Source: Narcine bancroftii
Taxonomy: Eukaryota
Assembly: GCF_036971445.1 (NCBI RefSeq)
Contig: NC_091472.1
Location: forward strand, 270,940,001-271,004,000
Reading direction: 5' to 3'
DNA length: 64,000 nt
The position numbers were made by a program, and so were the translations under genes. Positions within the stretch are counted from its first letter, which is position 1. Each line of letters begins with the position of its first letter. Below, one piece after another: positions 38,552-51,487 of this stretch. The notes below the pieces were generated by a model. That model was not told the origin of the DNA. It saw only the letters and a program-made list of their open reading frames with translations, and ran no database searches.

Positions 38552-39035
38552 GAGGTCGACAGCATCGAGTCCACGCTGCTGAAGATCCAGCTGCGCTGGA
38601 TGGGTCATGTCTCCAGAATGGAGGACCATCGCCTTCCCAAGATCGTGTTATATGGCGAGCTCTCCACTGGCCACCGTGACAGAGGTGCACCAAAGAAAAG
38701 GTACAAGGACTGCCTAAAGAAATCTCTTGGTGCCTGCCACATTGACCACCGCCAGTGGGCTGATAACGCCTCAAACCGTGCATCTTGGCGCCTCACAGTT
38801 TGGCGGGCAGCAACCTCCTTTGAAGAAGACCGCAGAGCCCACCTCACTGACAAAAGGCAAAGGAGGAAAAACCCAACACCCAACCCCAACCCACCAATTT
38901 TCCCCTGCAACCACTGCAACCGTGTCTGCCTGTCCCGCATCGGACTTGTCAGCCACAAACGAGCCTGCAGCTGACGTGGACTTTTTACCCCCTCCATAAA
39001 TCTTCGTCCGCGAAGCCAAGCCAAAGAAGGGGAAG
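38552..39035 (+). mobile_element. young RTE LINE 3' end with perfect 11-bp TSD
   Basis: Near-identical to 19040-19514; actgcttgaca at 38541-38551 and 39036-39046. Confidence 0.97.
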
Positions 39036-39359
39036 ACTGCTTGACAATGGCTCTGGTAGAGAGTGCATCACAGTATCCATGGGGATCAGTATGGCAGCAT
39101 ACCTGGAAGAAGATAGGAATCAGCACACAGCTGCCCTCTAATGAATAGAAGCAAAGGATGTTAGAATTTTGAAACAAAAACCAATAGAAAATATTGACAA
39201 CATTCAATGGGTGAGACAACACCCTTGCAAAATGAAATATATTTAATAATATGGACAAATGATTTTTCATCAAAAGTCCCCACTGCTGCTTATTGTTCTG
39301 GCCTTCAGGTTTGTCCTTGTAACAGACGATATATATCTGTTTCAATTTTGTTTTTATAA

Positions 39360-39795
39360 TCATCAAGAAATTCACGAATGTTGCCTGGAACAGAGAGCGA
39401 GAATTGTAAGGTGAGGCTGGGATTATTTTGCTTGGAGTGAAGCAAGCTGAGGTGTGATCTTACAGAGGTCTATAAAATTACGAGGCCCATTGATAGGATA
39501 GATAATCATCATCTTTTTCCCAAGGTCAGTGAGTCTAAAACTAAGAGACAATGTGATAGTGGAAATATTTAAAGGGGAAAGCTTTTCACACAAGAAAAAG
39601 CTGGGTATATAACCAAGCTACTAGAAGAGGGGTAGAGGCAGGTAGAATTACAAAATGTATAAGATATTTGACTGGGGTATAGGCAGGAAAGGTTTAGAAG
39701 CATGTGAGTCAAATAGATAAACCTAGTTTGGCATGGATGATTTGGGCCATAGGGCCTATTTCCTTGCTGTATAATTTCATGAATCTATGAATCTT
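39360..39795 (+). mobile_element. CR1 3' fragment
   Basis: agctgaggtgtgatcttacagaggtctataaaatta (LRCDLTEVYKI); tail tctatgaatct. Confidence 0.8.
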
Positions 39796-40394
39796 TAAGA
39801 GCAAAATGACAATTCTACATTCCTGTCAATAGTGTTTCTCCTAAACTCTGCCTTAAAATTGTTCAAAGATCCTGCATCTTGGGCCTTTGCAGAAAAGATT
39901 TCCAAAGACTCACAAGAGAAGTTAATGGCCTCATACCACTCTTAGGAGGAGACACTAACTTTTAAGCAATGGCCACTCTTTCTGAGTTCCCTCACATGAG
40001 GAATCAACAACTTTACTTCCACCTTGTGAAAACTAAGCCAAGATCTTGTATCTTTCTATCATTACCTCATTCTTCTGAATTGATTAAGATCAGGATTGTC
40101 TCCCATTGTGTCCTAGTTAGTGGTTTCCTACCATTCAACCAGTTTTTGTCTCATTACTCTACATGAGATTTTGTGAGAGATTTATCTGGTTATATTTAAG
40201 CCCCAGGGATACACTCATTTTCCTTTGGGAGTAGAACTAACTGGGATCAGTTGACATGATACAATGTTTTTTTTCCCCCAGATCTTGGGAGAATATTTTA
40301 GAAGGAGGGCAAAAAAAACACCTGGTGCCAGCACTGATTTTCATCATCTTTTTTAAAAAAAGCTAACATTGGGAGTTTTCTTTAGTGGCTCCAT

Positions 40395-42125
40395 TCAGAT
40401 TTCAGATTCAGATTTATTGTCAGAGTGAATACATGACATCACATCCAATCCCGAGATGCCTTTTCCCTGCAGTCATTGCAGAATTACCATTACTTGTCAT
40501 GCAAAAAATAAACTATACACAGCATAAACATGTTAAATAAATAAAAGAACTGTAAATAGCTAATAAATGTAAACAAACTGATTGTGCAATATAGAAAGAG
40601 AGAGAAAAAATCAATAATGTGCACAACTAAGAATCCTTAAATGAGTCTTTAATTGAGTTTTTCGCTGTGGAGTCTGATGGTGGAGGGGTAGTAGCTGTTC
40701 CTGAACATGGTGGCGCAAATCTTGTGGCATCTATACCACTTTCCTGATGATAACAGTGAGAACAGAGTGGGTGCTGGGTGGTGTGGTGTGATTGCTGCTA
40801 CTCTTCAATGGCAGCATACCCTGTAGATGTACTCAGTAGAGAGGAGGGTTTTGCCTGTGATGTCCTGGGCTGTGTGCACCATCTTTTGGAGGATTTTATG
40901 CACAGACGTATTAGTGCTCCCATACCAAACCATGATGCAGCCAGTCAGCACACTTTCCACAACACCTCTGTAGAAATTTGCCAGGGTTTCTGGGTTTATA
41001 CCAAACCTCCGCAAACTCCTGAGGAAGTAGAGGCGCTGAAGTGCTTTCTTCATGATGCCATTGGTGTGTGGGGTCCAGGAAAGATCCTTCAAGATATTGA
41101 CTCCCAAGAACTTAAATTGCTCACCCTCTCCACCTCTGATCCCCTTATGATTCCTGGATTGTTTACTCCTCGCTTTCCTTTCCTGAAGTCAACAATCATC
41201 TCTTTAGTTCTGGGGACAATGAGTGCAAGGTTGTGGTTGGTGCACCATTCAGTCAAGTTTTCAATCTCCCTCCTGTATGCTGATTCATCCCATTCTGTAG
41301 CGATTTTAATGAAGTTGCTTGGAGGCTAAATTAGCCGCTTATGTGTGATGCGTTTCCAATAATTTCTAACACAAATTCAGTTGTATTTTAAAACCTTTAT
41401 TCTTAATAACAATTATTCTTAATTATACTGAACATGGCCAATAGATATCATAGACTCCTAACTCACCCTCCTTCTGATTCCAATCTGCTGATGCAAGCTA
41501 AAGAAGCTCCTTTTAAACGCTGCCAAACAGCCGTGCATGTTCCTTTGAACGTGCTGGGTCCCAGCTCCAACTGCTAACTGCAGGCACAGAGCTACATGTG
41601 CATGCTTCTTGAAGGACGCATTGGCCCTCGCTGGTACTGAGTTAACCACGCATTTGCTGCCATGCTCCTCTGGCACTGCAATGGTGCCAGTCTTCACATA
41701 AGCGCCTGCCGGCACCCTCACCCAAGTCGAGCGTGGCCTAATATTCAGCATGTCACTGATGCCCACTGGGACGTTGCCTATCCACAACCAAAGGTAAGCT
41801 TTTGGTTCTTACACCTTCCTTTATACAACCCATTACCGTGGCATCATCGACAAATTTGTAGATGGTGTTATTGTCGTACCGAGCTACACTGCCATAGCAT
41901 AAATTGAGTACAGCAGTGGTGCTCCAGAATTGATGGACATTATGGAGGAGTTCTTACCAATCTTCACTGATTGTAATCTGGAGGTGAGGAGATCCATGAT
42001 CCAATTACACAGTGGGGTGTTAACAGCCAGGTCTTGGAGTTTGCTGATCAGTTTTGAGGGGATGATGACATTAAATGCTGAACTGCTTGTCGATAACAAG
42101 CATCCTGATGTTGGCATCTTTGCAT
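40395..42125 (-). mobile_element. Rex1/Babar-like LINE split by a solo LTR
   Basis: KALQRLYFLRSLRRFG..ESVLTGCIMVWYG (40805-41107); SSAFNVIIPSKL..CNWIMD (41884-42129); KFVDDAT; ttcaga-type tail. Confidence 0.92.
41296..41813 (-). mobile_element. solo LTR, 518 bp
   Basis: TGTA...TACA ends, 5-bp TSD cattc/ccttc, minus-strand aataaa near 41396-41401; the host LINE resumes after it. Confidence 0.85.
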
Positions 42126-42849
42126 TCATGGACTTTCATGGAAAGGTAAAATAGAGTGCCTAATATTTCTCACAAAATATTATGAAGTGAACAATAGTGT
42201 AGGTATGGCCTTAAAAATGCAGCTCAGTCTTCCAATTAGGCACTTCTTATATGGCTCAGCTGTGGGAGGTGCTGAATGCTCATCTTAGTATAATCTGCAG
42301 TGACTATGGTACGATGGTTGAGAATGAAGTTGGAGTTATGAAGGAAATTTGTCGTTAAATATTTCCAAACTTATTTCAAGCAGGGGTTTTGCAGAATACT
42401 CAGTAGGGTCCCTGAAAAATATCAAGCAGCATGCAAGATGTGTTAGATGCTTGGAAACATTTACTATCCTGTGAATGTATTGACTGCACCTGCTTCCAGG
42501 TTATAGAAGAGAGTATTTTAACAGATCAATCTTTTGCCACAGTCTCACTACATGACAGGTTGACTACATATGGTGCCTAATGGTAAAAATCCCTTCATTA
42601 CAGAATATAAAACATGTATGGCCTGCAGCATTTCTAAATCAACCTGGATTAAGTTTCAATTTCATTTATAAAGGATTATTTTTCTTGCCATTTCTTTCTT
42701 CAGATTCCAGTGCTGCAAAGGGAACAATTAACTTTATGAGTTCCTCAGCGCTATTCATCTAAATTACTTTCTTGAAATCTAGCAAGATCATCTTTCCTGC
42801 CATTTAAAAGTATTGGCCCCAAACCTTCTCCTTGCTTGTGTTTTTTTTT

Positions 42850-44700
42850 TATGGGGGTCTCCTGGGATCACAGATGACTTGCTCTCACATTGGCTTTGTA
42901 GGTTTTGATGAGACTTATGTCACAACTCACAGATTCATCTACAGATGGAGAAGAAGGTGTCTGACTGTGAAGGCAGGCACATTGCCTGTGAGGTGGTGCA
43001 CTCCTTCTGCCAGTAATGCCAAGCTTCTCTCTATTCCTGACTCATGAACTCAAGATTCTTAACATTATCCGGAATGCTGCTCTAGTTTGAAACAGTCACA
43101 AGTTTTCCCAGAGTTGATGATGATGTTGCTTTATTTATACAAGAATTGTGCAAATCCTTTAACCTTTTTCCTCTTCTGCCTTGTGATTTCTTCTGATCAG
43201 AGCTTGGAGTACCAGACTTCGATATTGGGCACACTTGCAATGTGATCTGCCTGATGGAGTTGACAGTTCATGCCTCAATCCTATGATGTTAACCTGGAGG
43301 AAGTCCCTCATGCTTGTTTGGTTGTTTTTCCAATTTGTTTGGAGAATTTTGTGGGGAGAGCATTGCTGGTATCTTTCCAATGCCCTGATGTGTTTGCTCT
43401 AAGTCCCAACAATGTAGGATGGGATGACTGCTGACAAGAAGATGAGTTTATGAAGCATCTGATATATTCATCTTCAATCCCTTTCAACTCCATCAATCAA
43501 AAATTGTGATAGTGATGTTGATGCTATCTCATTTGACATGGATCTTCACCAGGAGCAAAGTATTGATAGCATTTATGCCATCATGAACTGAACATGAAAG
43601 GAGACACATTTCAGTCAGAGTTAAATTTGAGAAAAATGTCCCTCCCAAAAGACTATTCCACAAATTGGAGGATAATAATAACCAGTGAAACAGATGGACA
43701 GGACAAAGGGATTTCTCTTTGAGAATGAGGCATGATTATTGAGGAGATCCCAATATCACGTCTTTAGCAGATTAATGTGGCAAGTTAGAGAGAGAAAATC
43801 ATAAAAAAATAAATGCAGCTTCGAGCTGTATAAACCTGAAAGCAAAGGAGAATGTTGAAAATATCCAGCAGATCATACATAATCTGTGGAGAGAGAAAAA
43901 CTGAACCAATGTTACTGATGGGTATCCTTGCACCAGTTTTGATACAAACAAAAAGAGTGAATTAAGTTCAATATCACATCATGAAAGCTGGCCAGATGGA
44001 AGATCCCTTGTTAATCTTTCCAATGTTTCTTTTTCTTCATCCTAGTTTGCTCCTCAGGGTTTAGGGAAGACTTGATTCTGGTCTAATTCTCAAGTTCTTA
44101 GGAGTCTAAAACATTTATATATGCATACTCTGGCACTGAAGGGAAAGAATATGCTGAATGGAACTAATGCATAGGAGATGGTCTTTTCCTGCTGCCATTT
44201 TTGCTTGGACTCTGAGCACTCCAGACAAAGGGTCTTGTTCCACCAAGATTCCTTCTTCCCAACTATAAACAATTAGAGGCCAAGGTCAGGAGAATATTCT
44301 ATCTTTTCAAGCAGCTTTTGAGAATACTGCGGAAGCATGGCCTTCTTTTGCAAGGCTTGGAGTAGAGTATTTACTTTGGGACTCATGTGTCAAACATGAG
44401 AGTATTATGAGCTGCCCATTGGGCAGCCTTATAAAATTAGAACCCGGTTGAGGATGTTGATGTTCGTTCAGATTCTGCCAGATTTGAAGAATCTTGTAAG
44501 TAGTCCTTGTCTCAGAATCAAAGAGGTGATCAAGCAGCACAGTCGTCCTGCAGTGTCGTGTTTAAGGTCTTGTTCGGAAGAGGTCATTTTGATATATGAG
44601 TGCTTTGTCTGACATTTGTTTTCTCATAAGTTTCCAAGCACAGCATCGAGGTGTGCACATCTTATCAGTGTATTTCATTTCCATGACTGAGGGTGTTTGA
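42850..44700 (-). mobile_element. ancient RTE-like LINE fragments (patchy)
   Basis: Weak resemblance at 42850-43600 and 44270-44690 (for example tgccatcatgaactgaa, gagctgcccattggg); heavily decayed. Confidence 0.35.
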
Positions 44701-44759
44701 TTGGAATATTTTGATTGGAATAGAAGTGAATGGAATATTTGATTGGAATAGAAGTGAAC
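44696..44759. repeat. local tandem duplication, about 30 bp
   Basis: tggaatatt(t)tgattggaatagaagtgaa occurs twice in a row. Confidence 0.85.
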
Positions 44760-46439
44760 GAAGTTGATCAGTTTCCTACTTGTCCTTTAGAATTTGCAAT
44801 AAATAAAGCAGAAAGATCATCTATAGGCAATCATTAATGGTAAGAGGTGGTTATAATTCCTTATCAGTGGAAAGGTAGGGTTAAGTCAAAATAAAATGTA
44901 ATGGAGTAGATTGTACGTTTCCATGCTATCACCTCCCATTGTACCCTAGGAACTTCAGAAGTGTACAAGAGAGGCATATTCTCATAATAAAAAAAATGAA
45001 AATAATATAATTATCTGTTAACCTTATAGCATTTCTGCAAACCATTCTTTTCCAAGTGGGTGAAAATGTTCAAAATTTCTTTAATCAAATGTCCATGTAA
45101 GAGGATCAATATATTAACTTTTTCTGGGCCCTATTCAAATCCTGACTTCATGGTGATAGTGGTATTTGGCATGCAATATCCTCATTCAATTTGCAATGAA
45201 TATTTGTATGTTTAAGTGTCCATTTTCTGAACAGATTTTTCTCTCTATCTAATAGTATTTGAAAATAATTGATCATGACATTTAAGATTTTCAGAGAATG
45301 AGTTCTTGCTATCCATTGATACTCACTTTTTTTACATTACCACATTAATATAATTCAACAAAGTATCACTTATAGAAAAGATACACGGAGTAGAATTAAA
45401 TTATCACATTTTGATATCTAATTAATGTGCTAAGGAGCCCTTGCAATTGGGATGTTTATTTTGTTCCAACGAATGCTCCCTTCAAATCTTCTTCAAGACT
45501 GTCAAAGCTTTTTAAAATAATTATTTGACTATAAAGTGTCATACAGCACAGAAACTTCACACAAACTTCATTACCAAATGTCTTACAATTTTACATCCGT
45601 GAGCTTTTTATTTATTTCCACCCTGCTGGAACAAAGCCTTGCATCTGACACTGTTTAAAGGTCTGATCACCATTCTATAATGGTTCTGTCAGAGCTGGTT
45701 TGCCATTCATTTGGATTCCTCGAGGAGTGGATTTAAGCTACCTCTTTAAAAACTGACTCACAAATGAACACATTCCTTCTGACTAAACTGGGTCTGACAG
45801 TGATGCATGAATTTTTATATGAATACTGAAAACTGATGGATTTGTGATCTTACAAATGCTAAGAGCTAATGCACATAATTAAATTGCACATTTGAAATCT
45901 ATAACTGGGTAGCTTATTGCAATATTATTAAACTAAATGTTCAAAACATAGAATGAGTAGAATTTTCTCAGAGTATTTGCCAAAGTTTCTCTTTTTTAAC
46001 TTCAATAGAAATTATCTCATATCCTGTGGAAAACAAATGATCCTCAATTATGAATTAGCACAGGGAGATCAGCACAGCCAGAACTGTCACTTTAAATAAA
46101 GCTTTCCATTTTAGTTTATATGATGCAGAGCAGTCCAATAATGCTAAAAATATAAAACAATGGGACCTTTAAGAATCTTTATTATTCAATGTTCTGAATC
46201 CATATATCCACCCTAAAATTTTAGCATGCTTCGAATGTCTCGGTCTGGTTCAATTCAGACCAATAGGATATAACCCGTTTTCTTTGCATAAAGTATAATT
46301 TGCACTGTTTTAAAACTGATTTTTTGCCTTTCACTTTTTCAAACATTGTCCCTGTAAGGATTGGTCTCAACCTAATCAATTCCTCTGTTCAGACCAGCTG
46401 ACCATCTATTGGTTTGAGCAAATATTGTGCTAGAATTAC

Positions 46440-46760
46440 TTAAATATAGAAAACTGGAGCAGAAGTGGGTGAGTTAACCCATTGATCTAGTTCCATCATT
46501 CAATACCATCATGGCTGCGCTATCTTCCCAAATATTTTGGTTTCTTTAGCCCCAAGAACAATATTTAACTCCTTAAGTATTTGGAATGACTTCTTGGCTC
46601 TCTTTGCATTCTGTATGAGTTAACTCGCACGTTCTCTGGGAGATAGAATTTCTCCTGATCTCAGTCTTAAATAACTCAGCTCTTATCCTTAGAATATGAC
46701 TCCTGGTGCTCAATTCCACCACTGTCAGAATATTCTTCCTGTATCGAATCTGTCCAGATC
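46440..46760 (-). mobile_element. CR1 3' fragment
   Basis: gaatttctcctgatctcagtcttaaa..cttatccttagaatatgactcctggt is the reverse of the CR1 GHSLRI..TE.RRN region. Confidence 0.75.
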
Positions 46761-47119
46761 AACAATACAGTTACCTCAGCAGGGAAAGGAATAGTAAATG
46801 AGTGATATGCAACAGGCTAACACATGTTTTGTGTCCAAGCCACAACTGCAAGGTCTTACCACATAAGAGGCCATTACTTTGTGACTAAACAAAAACACAC
46901 CCTTTACTTATCGAAAGTATAATGCTGACAAGTCATTCCTCTATCATTACAAAATGAATAGAAAAACAGGCATCTAGTATTATCTGAAGTGAAGTGGGAA
47001 GTTTGTGCTTGAGAAAGCCTGAGATGGGCAGAGATAAGGCTTGAGGTAGGAGAGTGATCAGTTGCAGAGAAGCAGGAGGGGAGGGAATGGTAAGATGTGA
47101 CTTTAAGAGATGATTAGGT

Positions 47120-47756
47120 GAACACTAATGGCATCATGAAGAAAGCACATTAGCACCTCTACTTCCTCAGGAATTTGTGGAGGTTTGGTATGACACCAGA
47201 AACCCTGGCAAATTTCTATAGATGTGTGGTGTAAAGTGTGCCAACCTGCTGCATCACGGTCTAATATGGGTGAACACCAAATTGTGTGCAAAGCCCTGCA
47301 AAAGGTAGTGAACACACCCCATAACATCAAGATAAAGCCCTCCCCACCATCTACAGGCAATGGTGGAGTTGGAGAGCAGCACCAATCATCAAGGATCCAC
47401 ATAACCCAGTGCACACTCTGTTCTCGCTGCTACCATCAGGAAAGAGGATTCACAAGAAGTTTAGGTGTCACATGTTCAGGAACAGTTGCTTCCCCTCCAC
47501 CATCAGTCTCCTCATCAACAAACTCAATCAGGGACTCATTTAGGGACTCTTACTTTTGCACTTTTTTTTCCCTTCTCTCTGCATTGCATAGTCAGTTTTA
47601 TTTTTCTTTATTCGTCTACATGTTTATGTTGAGTACAGTTTTTGTTTGCACTACCAATAAGTGGTAATTTTGCTTGTCTGCAGGAAAAAGAATCTCAGGG
47701 TTGTATGTGATGTCATATATGTACTCTGACAATAAACCTGAAATCTAAAATCTGAA
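47120..47756 (+). mobile_element. Rex1/Babar-like LINE 3' end, uninterrupted
   Basis: cacctctacttcctcagg, KALQKVVNT; 3' UTR matches 9400-9540 plus 10933-11050. Confidence 0.9.
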
Positions 47757-47899
47757 GGCATATTGTCCAGGGGCAGAAGGGAGACCAGTAAGAGGCTATT
47801 ACATTTATCTTAAAGTGCCTCAGCTTGAACTGCCCTTGGAGATACTCCTTAGAGTTAAGTGAGAAAATAAAGTGAGAACATATTTGAAATGATGAGAGT

Positions 47900-48215
47900 T
47901 TGAAAGCTATTGGCATTCAAAGGGAACAGAATGTCCCTGTAATGAATCAATTAAAAGGAAGATCAAGCATTTAGGAATGAAAATGGAATGTTGATTTTTT
48001 TATTGCAACAAAGTGTAAATTCAAGAGTAGAGATAACTTGCTCCAATTATGTAATGCCCTGACAAGATCATATCAGGAATATGGTGCACAAGACTATTCT
48101 CCTTATCAAAGGAAAGATGCAGTTATGATTGTGGGAGTGCAGTGAAGGATCGACAGATTGATTCTTTGAATGATGAGTTTGACATATGATGGGACATTAA
48201 GCAGATTAGAGACTG
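47900..48215 (+). mobile_element. decayed CR1 fragment
   Basis: aatggaatgttgatttttattgcaa, ggaatatggtgcaca and ggaaagatgcagttatgattgtgggagtgcag resemble 10276-10500. Confidence 0.65.
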
Positions 48216-48289
48216 ACAATTGGACATTTGTGACTTCACTCAGGGTTTACATCAGGTAATACTCTAACCAATTTCAGCAATCGTATTGA

Positions 48290-48860
48290 GTGAAACATGA
48301 AAATCTGCAGACGCAGTGATTGGAGTGAAAACACAAACACACTGGAGGAACTTAGCAAATCTTGCAGCGTCTATGGGAGGTAAAATTATATAACTGATGT
48401 TTCGGGCTTGAGCCCTTCTTCAGTGTATGACCAAAATGCAGGAAGGGGTCTGAATAATAAGGCTGGGGGAGAAGGGAAAAAAAGGGCAGGGGGAGGAGCA
48501 CAGGCCAACAGAGCATTGTGATAATTAGACATGGCTAGGAGGTCAGGAGAGGAAAGATGAGAACTGATCGGGGAGGGTGTTGGCTCTGAGAATGCAGAGT
48601 TGGAGGAAAGGGGTCAGGGGAAAAGAGAATGAGAGAGCTAGAGGAAAGGGGAAATAGAGATGGGGATAGGGAGAGATGGAGTGGGGGTGAACTAACAAAA
48701 ACTGGAGAAGTTGATGTTAATGCCATCATAATAAGAGGGTGGCCAGAGAGAATGCGAGGTATTGTTCCTCAAATTTGCGAGTGGTCTCAGTTTGGCAGTG
48801 CATGTGGCCATGGACAGACAAGTCAGCAAGGGAATGAGGTGGAGAATTTGAATGGGTTAT
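48290..48860 (-). mobile_element. Penelope-like 3' fragment with pseudo-LTR
   Basis: Homologous to 32950-33390; purine-rich tract; hammerhead core. Confidence 0.85.
48390..48430 (-). ncRNA. minimal hammerhead ribozyme motif (Penelope-associated)
   Basis: Minus strand reads CUGAAGA-A-GGGC-UCAA-GCCC-GAAAC-AUC: CUGANGA and GAAA boxes around a 4-bp helix II. Activity not shown. Confidence 0.65.
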
Positions 48861-50053
48861 CATTTTCAGCAATCCTATAACTCACTTTGATTTGAAGGAA
48901 GATGCCCTCTAACTTTCCGACACTACTTATTTTCTGTCATAATCCAAAATTTTAATTGCCAACCATAGTGAAATTCTACTGTTGATTCAAGCTTTTAGAA
49001 CATCCATTTTAGAGAATCTCTGAAACTGTGGGGAAAAGAGGCTATTTGTCCATATGAACGCTGAAACACTCGGAAGGAGATATCCAATTAGTCAAGTTCC
49101 CTTTTATCCCTGTGGCTCTGAATTTTCCTTTTGTATTTGGAATTAATTCAATTTCCCTTTGAATAGTATGACTGTATTTGCTTCCTCCATCCTTTCTAGA
49201 TCCTAATATAACAAGAGATCATATTTGAGAAATAAATAATTGAAGTCCACTGCAGTCCAAGTGGATTTTCAAAATATAGACAAATAATCAATTATAGTAT
49301 TATATTCTGATGAAGGGGTCACTTGTACTTCTTTGACCAACCTTGGACATGGTTCAACAGCAGTTTCTTTAAAAGAAACCCGAATTAAATTTTAAAAAGT
49401 TTCTTAATCTAGTTGTCTTGTCATCAACCAAAATTAATCTGGTTTGATTGTTGATTTCTTTCTAAATTTCTTATGTTGAAAGAGATAAATAGCTTTCAGT
49501 TTAAAGTACCCTGGAGAACCAAATATGGAGACAAATTACAAGCAACATTAATCACAAATTTAAAAGCGGGTTCGCTATATCTTCTTGTTATCAAAAAAGA
49601 AGATAAATTTGCTTAATATTGCCATACTAACTTGATAAATAGCAAAATATACTGTTTAAAACAATTGATTATCTGATAAAGTGTTTGAATCTCTAACCCT
49701 TCAGATTGTAATTCATGATTTTAGTCCATTATATCAATGAGATGTATATCAAATGATTAATTACAAATCTTCCTGCATTGTCTTAGCTTTGTCTTAAATT
49801 TTAGTATCATCAACAAATAACCCTTTTAATGTGTCTATTCAGTTGGTGAGAAATGGGATTATGTAGAAGATGCACACTGAGAAAATGTATGCCGGCCAAT
49901 GGTCTTTATATAATACTCTAAGAAGTTGAGGTATCGAATAAGATGATACCTTTCAACCTGATGGGAGCAGTTCACATTATGGACTTCGACTGTTTTTGCA
50001 AAGACTTTCCATAATCCACACCAAAACTGACTTTACATAGCAATAATGGAATA

Positions 50054-50469
50054 CCATACATGCCGGCATCCTTGAACTTAAAAAATGTCACCCAAAAACT
50101 AGGGGTCATCTTATACATCAAGTTTAAAATCCAAACCTTAACAATGAAGTCTCAATGCTCCCCCACGAGGTCCATCCGCACAGACTACCTGCCGTCGACT
50201 CTGTACAGGATTGAAACAATCTGTTAAAGGAGCCAAAGGTGGCTTATTTTAAAATATGCTAATAAAATATAAACATTTACTCTGTAATTTGCTTCTAAAT
50301 TATTATGAATTACTATATTAAATGTGCCTAGCAGCATTATTCCACTGGTCAGTATTAAGTGCCTGACTTGGGGTAGTCTTATACAGTGAGCATAACTCTA
50401 CGTACATTTCAGGTGGAAATTCAAGGGTTCGTCTTATACACAAGTCATCATATATGTTGGCATATACAG
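50054..50469. mobile_element. Tc1/mariner-superfamily MITE
   Basis: TA-ccatacatgccggcat ... atgttggcatatacag-TA, with internal gtcttatac-type repeats. Confidence 0.7.
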
Positions 50470-51153
50470 TATTCACAAGTTAGTAGCCATACAACATGAT
50501 ATCACTTTGCAAAGCATCTTCTAAAATAGGATTTTCTTCATCAGCCATTGCTAGGTTACTTTTAAATGTAGGAAGTTTGGAAATAGCTATTGTAGCTCTG
50601 TCAGTGAATGAGATACACATTTTACAAAGAAAGATCCCAATGAGTCTCTTTTGTGGTGACACACAAGACAAACACATTAGTTTCCATTAAAACAATATAA
50701 TGAGCAATAAATTTCAGAAATCTAAACCTACCACTAAGATCACATGTGTGCTATATGGCTGCTGCAGCCAATTAAAATGTGTTAAGATATAACATTATAC
50801 AAATTGAAATAATTAAGGTGAAGATGAGGTTTTTAACATACTGGGAGAATAATTGAAAATTTAAATGAATGAAACCACCTTCCAAAAGAACGGAAATCAT
50901 ATGTAAATAGAGATTTCATTAAAATAAAAAAAAAGCAGCCCATTAAATATTACATCAGGTATATTCTTAAAAGCTGTAATTTTAAAATTTTATACCTATT
51001 AAATTTAATTAAAAACTTTTTTTCCCAAATTCGATTGCAATATTGTTTAATATAGATTTATTTTCTTAGTATCAATTAATCAGAGGTGATTAATTGAATA
51101 AATGAAGAATTCATAAGCAGTGTTTGTGACAGAGAATCTCATCAAATATATTA

Positions 51154-51487
51154 TAGTGAAAGTCATAAAATCTGGATTCCTCAGTCCACATTTTTGGATT
51201 TTCTAGATTCTCAGGTGGTTCTTTTAAAACTTAAATTTAAGGAGAATAAAGAAGAGATGAACAGGTAAAGTTTGATAGTTCATTAACATTTTTCTAATTA
51301 AAAAATACAAAGTACAAAAACTAAAATATTTATTTGTTTATTTCCATGACTTCTGTACGTCTATGGCCCTTACACATGCATGCACGCACATAAAAGCCTG
51401 GGAAAATTTAAAAGTTTGAGTGTTTTTGAGAAGTCCAGATTCTCAGGTGGTCTGGATTTCTGGCATCTGGATTTTGGACTTTTACAG
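51154..51487. mobile_element. Tigger-like MITE
   Basis: TA-tagtgaaagtcataaaatctgga ... tctggattttggacttttacag-TA inverted ends. Confidence 0.75.

Noticed and set aside
38605-39375. 256-aa minus-strand ORF and similar antisense ORFs at 3606-4082 and 19092-19505
   Set aside because: They are antisense shadows of the RTE coding sequence running into flanking DNA.
41458-41787. 109-aa ORF
   Set aside because: It lies wholly within a solo LTR and has no known motif.
49840-50040. exon-like unique segment
   Set aside because: The frames I translated contain stops and give no recognisable peptide.
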